From assembly GCA_025786725.1 (NCBI GenBank), contig JAHLTZ010000057.1:1-64000 (forward strand): 64,000 nt of DNA. Reading direction: 5' to 3'. Made by a program: the position numbers and the translations under genes. The notes under the pieces are model-generated. The model was not told the origin of the DNA. It saw only the letters and a list, made by a program, of their open reading frames with translations, and did no database searches. This document shows, piece after piece, positions 1 through 11,385 of the stretch. Numbering within the stretch: the stretch's first letter is position 1; each line of letters begins with the position of its first letter. The DNA comes from Syncephalis fuscata S228 (lineage: Eukaryota; Fungi; Zoopagomycota).

Positions 1-3000
1 TACTTAACTAATTACTTAACTTTTAATTAACTTTTAGTCTATATTTTATTAACAAAATAGCAAGGATACCCTTACATTTCTAGTCAAATATTACTTAACT
101 TTTACTTAACTTTAGTTAACTTTTAATTAACTTTTTTAGCCGTATATTTGGTCGATTTTTGTTGGATTTTTGTCGGATTTTTTTGGGAAAAACGGCCCAA
201 CTCCCCGTATTTTTAATTCCACGGATACTTGTCCTAAAAATACACGGTGCCACTTGTTCGAACCGCAAGAAGCAGGCGCGTCGATCCTGATATGCTAAAA
301 AATCGCCAAAAATCGTGGGAATGCGTGAAAAATACGCGGAGTTGGCCTCCATACAAAAACGGCACTTTTTGCATGTTTTGATTTTTAATTCATTGGATAA
401 ATTTTTGGCGATTTTTTCAATATATAGATCGACGCATCATATTATTGCGGTTCGAACGAGTGGTCCTGTGTATTTTTAGAGCAAGTATCCGTAGAATTAA
501 AAATACGGGAGTTTGATGACTAGTTTATAGTGGCATATTTCACGAAATCCTAAGATATCCCCCTATAACCAGCAAACTAGAACTTCGCGTATTTTTAACT
601 CTACGGATATTGCTCTAAAAATACACAGGACCACTCGTTCGGACCGCAATAATATGATGCGTCGATCTATATATTGAAAAAATCGCCAAAAATTTATCCA
701 ATGAATTAAAAATCAAAACATGCAAAAAGTGCCGTTTTTTGTATGGAGGCCCAACTCCGCGTATTTTTCACGCATTCCCACGATTTTTGGCGATTTTTTA
801 GCATATTAGGATCGACGCGCCTGCTTCTTGCGGTTCGAACAAGTGGCACCGTGTATTTTTAGGACAAGTATCCGTGGAATTAAAAATACGGGGAGTTGGG
901 CCGTTTTTCCCAAAAAATCCGACAAAAATCCAACAAAAATCGACCAAATATACGGCTAAAAAAGTTAACTAAAAGTTAACTAAAGTTAAGTAAAAAGTTA
1001 AGTAATATTTGACTAGAAATGTAAGGGTATCCCTTGCTATTTTGCAATAAAATATAGACTAAAAGTTAACTAAAAGTTAAGTAATTGGTTAGCTAATTAG
1101 TAATTAACTAATGGTAATGATAACCGTTTAACAACTTAGTTAACTTGTTAATTACTTAACTAATTACTTAACTTTTAATTAACTTTTAGTCTATATTTTA
1201 TTAACAAAATAGCAAGGGATACCCTTACATTTCTAGTCAAATATTACTTAACTTTTTACTTAACTTTAGTTAACTTTTAGTTAACTTTTTTAGCCGTATA
1301 TTTGGTCGATTTTTGTTGGATTTTTGTCGGATTTTTTTGGGAAAAACGGCCCAACTCCCCGTATTTTTAATTCCACGGATACTTGACCTAAAAATACACA
1401 GTGCCACTTGTTCGAACCGCAAGAAGCAGGCGCGTCGATCCTAATATGCTAAAAAATCGCCAAAAATCGTGGGAATGCGTGAAAAATACGCGGAGTTGGC
1501 CTCCATACAAAAAACGGCACTTTTTGCATGTTTTGATTTTTAATTCATTGGATAAATTTTTGGCGATTTTTTCAATATATAGATCGACGCATCATGTTAT
1601 TGCGGTCGAACGAGTGGTCCTGTGTATTTTTAGAGCAATTATCCGTAGAATTAAAAATACGCGAAGTTCTAGTTTGCTGGTTATAGGGGATATCTTAGGA
1701 TTTCGTGAAATATGCCACTATAAACTAGTCATCAAACTTCACGTATTTTTAACTCTACGGATACTTGCTCTAAAAATACACAGGACCACTCGTTCGACCG
1801 CAATAACATGATGCGTCGATCTATATATTCGAAAAAATCGCCAAAAATTTATCCAATGAATTAAAAATCAAAACATGCAAAAAGTGCCGTTTTTTGTATG
1901 GAGGCCCAACTCCGCGTATTTTTCACGCATTCCCACGATTTTTGGCGATTTTTTAGCATATCAGGATCGACGCGCCTGCTTCTTGCGGTTCGAACAAGTG
2001 GCACCGTGTATTTTTAGGTCAAGTATCCGTGGAATTAAAAATACGGGGAGTTGGGCCGTTTTTCCCAAAAAATCCGACAAAAATCCAACAAAAATCGACC
2101 AAATATACGGCTAAAAAAGTTAACTAAAAGTTAACTAAAGTTAAGTAAAAAGTTAAGTAATATTTGACTAGAAATGTAAGGGTATCCCTTGCTATTTTTG
2201 TTAATAAAATATAGACTAAAAGTTAATAAAAGTTAAGTAATTAGTTAAGTAATTAACAAGTTAACTAAGTTGTTAAACGGTTATCATTACCATTAGTTAA
2301 TTAACTAATTACTAACAATTACTTAACTTTTAGTTAACTTTTAGTCTATATTTTATGTCAAAATAGCAAGGGATACCCTTACATTTCTAGTCAATATTAC
2401 TTAACTTTTTACTTAACTTTAGTTAACTTTTAGTTAACTTTTTTAGCCGTATATTTGGTCGATTTTTGTTGGATTTTTGTCGGATTTTTTGGGAAAAACG
2501 GCCCAACTCCCCGTATTTTTAATTCCACGGATACTTGACCTAAAAATACACAGTGCCACTTGTTCGAACCGCAAGAAGCAGGCGCGTCGATCCTGATATG
2601 CTAAAAATCGCCAAAAATCGTGGGAATGCGTGAAAAATACGCGGAGTTGGCCTCCATACAAAAACGGCACTTTTTGCATGTTTTGATTTTTAATTCATTG
2701 GATAAATTTTTGGCGATTTTTTCAATATATAGATCGACGCATCATATTATTGCGGTCCGAACGAGTGGTCCTGTGTATTTTTAGAGCAAGTATCCGTAGA
2801 GTTAAAAATACGCGAGTTCTAGTTTGCTGGTTATAGGGGATATTCTTAGGATTCGTGAAATATGCCACTATAAACTAGTCATCAAACTTCACGTATTTTT
2901 AATTCTACGGATACTTGCTCTAAAAATACACAGGACCACTCGTTCGACCGCAATAATATGCGTCGACCTATATATTGAAAAAATCGCCAAAAATTTATCC

Positions 3001-4500
3001 AATGAATTAAAAATCAAAACATGCAAAAAGTGCCGTTTTTTGTATGGAGGTCCAACTCCGCGTATTTTTCACGCATTCCCACGATTTTTGGCGATTTTTT
3101 AGCATATCAGGATCGACGCGCCTGCTTCTTGCGGTTCGAACAAGTGGCACCGTGTATTTTTAGGACAAGTATCCGTGGAATTAAAAATACGGGGAGTTGG
3201 GCCGTTTTTCCCAAAAAATCCACAAAAATCCAACAAAAATCGACCAAATATACGGCTAAAAAAAAGTTAACTAAAGTTAAGTAAAAAGTTAAGTAATATT
3301 TGACTAAAATGTAAGGGTATCCTTGCTATTTTGTTAATAAATATAGACTAAAAGTTAACTAAAAGTTAAGTAATAGTTAATGATTATTAAGTAATTAACT
3401 AATGTATATAACGTTTAACCATTAGTTAATTAACTAACTAATTACTTAACTTTTAGTTAACTTTTAGTCTATATTTATTAACAAAATAGCAAGGGATACC
3501 CTTACATTTTAGTCAAATATTACTTAACTTTTTACTTAACTTTAGTTAACTTTTAGTTAACTTTTTTAGCCGTATATTTGGTCGATTTTTGTTGGATTTT
3601 TGTTGGATTTTTTTGGGAAAAACGGCCCAACTCCCCGTATTTTTAATTCCACGGATACTTGTCCTAAAAATACACGGTGCCACTTGTTCGAACCGCAAGA
3701 AGCAGGCGCGTCGATCCTGATATGCTAAAAAATCGCCAAAAATCGTGGGAATGCGTGAAAAATACGCGGAGTTGGACCTCCATACAAAAAACGGCACTTT
3801 TTGCATGTTTTGATTTTTAATTCATTGGATAAATTTTTGGCGATTTTTTCGAATATATAGATCGACGCACCATATTATTGCGGTCGAACGAGTGGTCCTG
3901 TGTATTTTTAGAGCAATTATCCGTAGAGTTAAAAATACGGGAGTTTGATGACTAGTTTATAGTGGCATATTTCACGAAATCCTAAATATCCCCTATAACC
4001 AGCAAACTAGAACTTCCGTATTTTTAACTCTACGGATACTTGCTCTAAAAATACACAGGACCACTCGTTCGGACCGCAATAATATGATGCGTCGATCTAT
4101 ATATTGAAAAAATCGCCAAAAATTTATCCAATGAATTAAAAATCAAAACATGCAAAAAGTGCCGTTTTTTGTATGGAGGTCCAACTCCGCGTATTTTTCA
4201 CGCATTCCCACGATTTTTGGCGATTTTTTAGCATATCAGGATCGACGCGCCTGCTTCTTGCGGTTCGAACAAGTGGCACTGTGTATTTTTAGGTCAAGTA
4301 TCCGTGGAATTAAAAATACGGGGAGTTGGGCCGTTTTTCCCAAAAAAATCCGACAAAAATCCAACAAAAATCGACCAAATATACGGCTAAAAAAGTTAAC
4401 TAAAAGTTAACTAAAGTTAAGTAAAAAGTTAAGTAATATTAACTAAAATGTAAGGGTATCCTTGCTTTTTGACAATAAAATATAACTAAAAGTTAACTAA
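1..4500. repeat. Alternating-orientation (palindromic) tandem array: 8 arms of ~500 bp, period ~1.15 kb, two spacer types
   Basis: The start motif tacttaactaattacttaacttttaattaac recurs at 1153. Arms 1-510, 1156-1663, 2320-2815 and 3440-3941 are reverse complements of 585-1085, 1741-2250, 2891-3375 and 4016-4500. The ORF track gives the same spurious peptide on both strands. Confidence 0.97.
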
Positions 4501-5150
4501 AAATTAATAAATATCTAAGTACTCTTTGCTATTTTGATAATAAAATAGACTAAAAATAGTTAAAAAGTTAATTAAAAGAATTAAAATTTATTTGAAAATG
4601 TAAAAGTGTCCCTTGTCATTTAATAATAGAATATAGACTAAAAAGTTAATTAAAATTGTGTTAATTAATAAATAATGCTTGGTGTTTGATACTTGTCATT
4701 TAGTTAATTAGTCAAAGCAATGGTTTTTTAATATTAGCTAATTAATTAGCCTAGTTAATCGATAGTAATAGCCAGCTAATATTAGTCAATCAACTGGTTA
4801 GTTAATGATTAGTTAATTGGTTTAGTTAAGTTAATAACAATTGTTGTTTAACAGTTAATCAATTAATTAATAATGATTGTTGTTTAATAATGACTGCTAT
4901 TTAATACCCGTCAATTAGTTTAACTAATAATGATCGTTGTCTAACACTAGTTAATTAACTGATGTAGTTAGTTAGTAGTAATAGCAACTGTATTGGCCAA
5001 TCAGCTAGTTAGTTAATTAATAATGATTACTGGTTAACAATTAATTATTATTTAAGCAGGGAACATTAATTTGTTTAATAATTAAGTAGTTAGTTGGTTA
5101 ATAATGCTGTGTCTAACAATTAGTCTACTGATTAATTGTCAATGATTACT
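4500..5150. repeat. Degenerate tail of the array, rich in tagttaatt/ttaact motifs
   Basis: 4520-4650 is a decayed copy of the arm end (ttgctatttt..ataaaatagactaaaa..aaaatgtaa..cccttg), followed by low-complexity AT-rich sequence. Confidence 0.7.
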
Positions 5151-6514
5151 ACACTCATTTGCTTATAATGGTTAATAATGGTGCTGTTAGATATTGCATA
5201 ATCATAGCAACTGTGTCAACTGCTAACATTGTGTGTACACTTGCATATTTATCAATAATTGTATATTGGTGTATACTATACTTAAAATTTAGGATATACA
5301 AACTACACAATTGTATAGTACTAACTGCTATGGCTGGACCAGAGTAGAACAATAAAGGCAAATAAATGTTTGATAAAATAATGATCTTTTATTTAATGTG
5401 ATAATTACTGTTGTATTTATAGCAATGCTGGATATAAAAGAGAAAAGTAAACCAATTAGTAAGTATTTGTAAAGTTGTGCTAAAAGTTGTAGAGTGCTTA
5501 TTGATGCCATAAGCATAACAAATATTAGTAAACCTGTTTACATGTGTAGTAGTTAGAGTTAGGTAATATTAATTGTGTATATTTGAGAGTATAATGATTT
5601 TTAAATATAATCATCATCATATAGTGGGTTGTATAGATGTATAAATAAAATTCAACAAATTTTTATTTTCTATTTTATTTTAATCTAACTATATAAGTGG
5701 CGGATACAACACACGATAATATTATGTATTGGTATGTGCTTGCAGCATGCTGCAGTACATAATTATTGTAATGTACTAGGTTATAAACTTGTTGTAATAC
5801 ATATCTGTTGTAATAACAAACAAACCAAATATTAAGTCTACTAATAGTAAACTAAAACCAATGCTATTAAACAAAGCTGATTATACATATATTTATACGA
5901 ATAAACATCATTTGTAATGTAAAAATATAGCAATATCGTATATATATTTAGATATAATCAGTTAGATTTTTAGGTTCAATGCACAGTAATATGGCACACA
6001 TTTATTTAATACATAATTGCCACGATTGTTTATTTTACACATATTCGGCTTACAGCACAATTATACAGCCGTTTAAAGCTGTCATAGCATATACGTCACA
6101 AAATATTTAGAAAAACATGGGAGTTTTTCAAGCCATTCTTTAGACATTTGCAACAGTACTCGCAATAGTTAGAATAAGTCTACAATAATTGTGTAAAATG
6201 TACTCAAAACATTGACATGATCAAACATTATGTCAACTCATTACTGGCACTTGCATAAGCTATAATCAAGCTTATCTGAAAGTTTTGAACAATTAATAGC
6301 TAATAACGCACCCACAAATAGATAAAATGTGTGTTTGACGCCATGGTGACATTGTTTTGTTTATAGTTAATGAATGGTATCAAATTTATTAATCTCGTTT
6401 GTTATCATTTGATGTTCAAATGATTAAATTTAGTCTCATTCAAGCAATTAAAATACATATTCATTTTATTGAATATGACGCTGTGTTAAATGGCATCGGC
6501 TATCAAAGTGTTCA

Positions 6515-7310
6515 TTTCGTATATTTATTATCCAGTATGCATATATGCTTTATTTAATTATATTATTTCCATTTTGTCCCACACTACTGTATATCATTCT
6601 ATGCCATAGTAGATACATTTTATTGATCATATACACCAACACACGTCACCCTACTCATTACACTATATGCTCTATAACCTCAGCACCGCCTATCACCCTC
6701 TTTCTGTCGTATGCTTATTCTACATCACCTTATACTTATCTAGTGCTTCTATATCCAAAACTGTTTTTATTTCTGTTCTAGCTTTACTATTCATAAAAAT
6801 CAATTAACGTTGCCCATCTGTTCATGCATCATCTCAATGAACAGAATAGAGCAAATGTTGTAAATAGCATAAATAGCAATAAGAAACAGCACTTTTGAAT
6901 AGCACATACTAATATACAATAAAGTGATACACAATAGAGTGAGTATACAAATAAAGTAGTACACACAATAGCTGGCATACATGTAATACGGCTAGTTGCA
7001 CGTCGATAACAACATAGTTTGTTGTCTGGCATTAGTATGGTATCAATCGTTAGCATGTTAATTTAATTTCTCAAATTACACAATGCGGACATTGCTGCTG
7101 TCAGCAATAGTCATGAAAATATACATTGTTTTAATTATGCAATGTGCAAGTTTTGGTTCATTGATTGATTGGTGTTATTAACAGCACCAATGCTGTAGAT
7201 ATAGCTGGTGTCATTGAGTATGCTGCGCGTGTGTACTAATCGTACAAAATATTACTGGCATGATTTGCTAAATGCAGTCCACAGCTGTGAATCCATATGC
7301 ACTTTCAGCT
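6515..7310 (+). mobile_element. Old, diverged relic of the 2.75-kb repeat family
   Basis: aataaagtagtacacacaatagctggcatac..cggctagttgca (~6950) aligns with ~52044. ttaacagcaccaatgctgtagatatagctgg (~7178) aligns with ~52268. tttattatccagtatgcatata (~6524) matches the family terminal module. Confidence 0.65.
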
Positions 7311-7514
7311 ACTTGATGCATCATGCCGTCAGTTAAATTGATATAGCAATTATCGCAGCACTATCATGAGTATTGGTATATTAATTAATCACATTTGATA
7401 TAGCTACGCACGTACTACCAATCCCAATAAAATGTCAGTGATTGATTTAGTTAATCATTTTTAGTATTACTAGTAGTAGTGATCTATACATTTATTAACA
7501 ATTGATTATAATTG

Positions 7515-8045
7515 GTGGCTCAAGTGACTAAAACTAATAACATTCGCGCAACCGAACTGGACATTCGTTCTATTTAACATAGGGCCGGGTGGTAATGAAT
7601 ATTAAATAAAAAATTGTTTAATTATAATTTGACTTGGGATCAAGTGGCTAGATCTAATAACAGTTGTCTTGTTGAACTAGATATCCGTTCTATTGAACAC
7701 AAACTAAGTGATAAATGGCATTAGTCATTAAAACACTTGTAGCATAGATTTATTATCCGGCATGCATATACCCAGTACACACATATCCTCTATCCATTTC
7801 TATCATTTATATTCTATCCACACTAATATATATCGTTCTATAATATACTAGACACACCTATTGTTTATATGTTTCAATGCACTTTGCTCAGTTTACTCAT
7901 TGCGCCATATGCACTACAACTTTAACGCCATTTTTATGATTTCTTACCATATATTTATATTTTATATATAAATCTATACTCACCTAGCCTTCCTCTATTC
8001 AAAGTTGTTTTTTGTTCTAGCTTTATTATTAATAAAAGCTGACTA
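7515..8045 (+). repeat. Dispersed repeat module (caagtgactaa..taataac..ttctattgaac..atagatttattatcc), head duplicated in tandem
   Basis: Two head copies at ~7520 and ~7640, then a body matching 51181-51430 and the reverse complement of 30960-31225. Confidence 0.7.
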
Positions 8046-10718
8046 GTGTCGATCATCGGCGCATGCATATATGCTCAATAGCTTCAACGCAGCTAATCGT
8101 CACCTCACACTATATATTCATTATGTTATATAAATTTGGTGTCAAATTACAGCTATCATTTGATACATGCTCTATTATAATAAATGTTTTTTGGTGGTAG
8201 TGACTTTATTATATTTAATTATTTTGCTATAGCTAATCACTATTTACTGATAACACATTCTATGATAATGAGTAGCTTTGTGTCAAATGGCATCAGTATT
8301 CTAATGCGCAAATATTGACAACATACAATCTACGTCATCGCACTTTTCTTTCTCTTTTTCACACTTGATAGCATATATCCATTGCATGCACCTCTACACT
8401 CCATATATGCTACCTTAATAGTGCCAGTAGTTGGCTGACTACTAGTTAAGTTTAACACCTTCTACACTATGTCTTTGCATTGCTCTTCTTTAATCTGAGC
8501 TTTTTTACAAAGCATCCTTTCACTCCAATCATTGGTATTGGCAGCCTATTTGACACGATAAGCGCATTTCCGGCTTGTTTCTATGCTATGTTGAATATAT
8601 GCTATATTTTGCTATAGATTACCACTACAGGTCAGCTGGCAACAGCTTTACCATTCAACAGTGGCAGTGTGATCTACTACTGTCGAGACGGTACAGGCTG
8701 CTGTCAGTATGATCTGCGGCGGCAATCTATAGCAACGCAGTGTATATAGTGATTCTGGCAGCATATAGCCAGTATAGTCGCCATGTATAGCTGCTGTATG
8801 TATACACCACCAATATTAGTATATTGAACTGCTAGTATAGTTGCTAAGTAAGTCTTTAGTGCCAGTGCGACAATGCAAGCTGCTACTGTCGCTATTACTG
8901 TATGTGCACAGCTGTCGGTACGATGACTGTGGTAACTATATGCGCTGTTACTTCTCTACCAAGTCCCTTCTCTGTTTTATTTTACTACCTGAACATTTCG
9001 CTCAACACTACTTCTTTCTAAACATCAGTGTTTTCAAATGCAACAACTACTGCAAGACCTAACACGCTAACTTTGTAGACTGTAGTATATTTGAGCAAAT
9101 GTTGCTACTTGATCATTGTCACCAACGGCTACAGACTCTGTAATCTATGAACAAACATTGGTGTATATGCTGTCGTTTGATCAACAGCGTCTTCCATAGC
9201 ATCCTGCTTAGTATGTAGTCAGTGGTGCTTGTGCAGTGCTGCTTTATTTACATTCTAATTATTGCATTAGTTGTCCTGAGCCGGTACTGTAACTGGTGTC
9301 AATGTTTATGACAGGTTGCCGTTTGACAGTCTCTGACTATGTCTTATCAGTCTACATCTGAAGCATTTACCGTTTCTTTGAAGTTACAGGTAAGTATTGT
9401 TATGTTTTATTAAACTATGCATTATTGTGCGGACAAAGACGGTATAGCACAAATAGCCATGTACGCTTTTATAATCGGCTGTTTATTATGGCAAGACAAC
9501 TGGCGCTGCTACATAATAAAATTTGCTTATTTTTACTTCAAACTACTTACCATTTAATCAACTGTTATTTTTACATAGATATTTAGGTATGCAGTGTTAG
9601 TGTTGCTGTTTGCATTCATGCACTGTGTTTTGTTTTCAAATAATACTAGCTTTTAAAAAGATCACAAGCCTTCTTCCTTGCCGTGTTATAATATGGAATA
9701 ATATATATTCAAATGAATGGTCAAATAAAGTGTAAAACACTAGTAATAAAGGTATAGTATGCGTATTGCACAAGCAATCAAGTAAAATATACAAACAATA
9801 CGGCGAGTAACAAATAAACAAGTTTTATCAATAAGACATGATGAGTAGAGTATAGTTTAAAATAGAATGAATAGATAAAATAATAGTGAAAATATACATA
9901 GACAATTAAGTAAGTACGATGAATTGAAACTATAGCAATAAAGCTAGCGGCAATAAAACGCCTGCTGTAAATAGGTTTGCTCATTATATGATCAATCAAT
10001 ATACAATATAATACTGAGTATTTCAATAACTAATGCCACTCGCCGCCCTGTCCCATTTTCATTGACATGAATGGGTAGTTTGATTGTGTGAGTACTATCA
10101 AATATGATAATTTGTCGCTTTAATCATACTGAATTTTTAATAAATAATTTAATTTTAGTACAATAAACTTAGCACAAATAAAACAACTAAATGTCAATGG
10201 TGTTATTAAAATGGTTAGTGTGGATGTAAGTATATTGGATATAACTAATTGTAACATGCTATATATAATATCATTCAGATAACTTAATGATGTACCGAAG
10301 CTACTGAATATTCTATTTTTATTACTTTTATAATAAAGTTATTTATTTAAAGTGTGCTAAAAGGTAAAGCATTTATAAAAAGTGGTATTATTTACCAATA
10401 CTTATAATCAAGGTAGGTCTGCTACCACGATGAAATCAACATTGCGGTATAAATTTTATCCTAAATGGTCGGCGTCCATATAGATACACATTCAGCGATA
10501 CATAAAAGCAACAGCAATACTGATGCCCATTACCAAGTGTAAATACAACAGCTGCTACTTGTCATACTTGTAAAACTATCGATAGCATTCAACTGGTATG
10601 GATGATGTTTAATTTCAATATACGTCAGCAAGATGCGCACATTAGATTCAGTGTTAATAAGCAATATATTTAAGCAATATATAGTGTATAGCCTTTAAAG
10701 TGTATGTTAGTATGTACT

Positions 10719-11205
10719 TAATACATTTTTGATTAGTATTTATGTGTGTGTTTATTACTAAAATGGCAAAGGAAATTATTGTGGACTTTTTTAATTAACC
10801 AAGCAATGTTTGCCGATGTTTAATTTTATTAATAATGTAGCTAGAACTACGCAATGCCATTTATCATAACCGCATAGTTTTGACGCATAGACACATATAT
10901 ATTATGTATTTTTATGAGATTATGGAAAGTGCTAACAACTAAAAGGTACTTAAAGTACCATTTTATAATAATATTGTTGCTTCTATTTATAGCACCTTTT
11001 CATTATTTTTAAAAAAATACATAACTTATATGTGTCTATGCGTCAAAACCATGCAATCATAATGAATAGCATTACGTATTTCTAACTACATTACTGATGG
11101 AATTAAAAATCGGTGAAAATCACTTGATTAATCAAAAAAGCACATAGTTTTTCTTTACCATTTGGTAATAAACACACACACACACATACTAATAAAAATG
11201 TATTA
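10719..11205. mobile_element. Foldback/MITE-like element, ~220-bp imperfect inverted arms with a short spacer
   Basis: gttttgacgcatagacacatata (~10878) pairs with tatatgtgtctatgcgtcaaaac (~11027). taatacattttt (10719) pairs with aaaaatgtatta (ends 11205). No ORF. Confidence 0.75.
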
Positions 11206-11385
11206 GCTATTTAATGCATAGTCAATTATATATTGTTAGCGTTAATTCATATAGTAATAATTGGTCGTTTTTAGTTAATTTATTTATATTAACACCCATT
11301 ATTAATATTGATTGTGTATTTATGTCGCCTGATCAGCATGATTAATGATATAACTAATTTATTAATTATTATCATCGGTAGTAAT

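Noticed and set aside
116-4410. Repeated 78-136 aa ORFs in the array
   Set aside because: Indels between arms change frames and termini, no family is recognisable, and they are by-products of the repeat.
1-4500. CRISPR array, canonical telomere or rDNA
   Set aside because: No unique spacers, no tandem TTAGGG-type run, no rRNA motifs, eukaryotic context. No PacBio adapter sequence was recognised in the spacers either.
5155-10026. Short hydrophobic ORFs and a slightly GC-richer 8.3-9.5 kb patch as transposase relic
   Set aside because: I/L/Y/C-rich translations typical of AT-rich non-coding DNA. No RT, DDE or helicase motif could be read.
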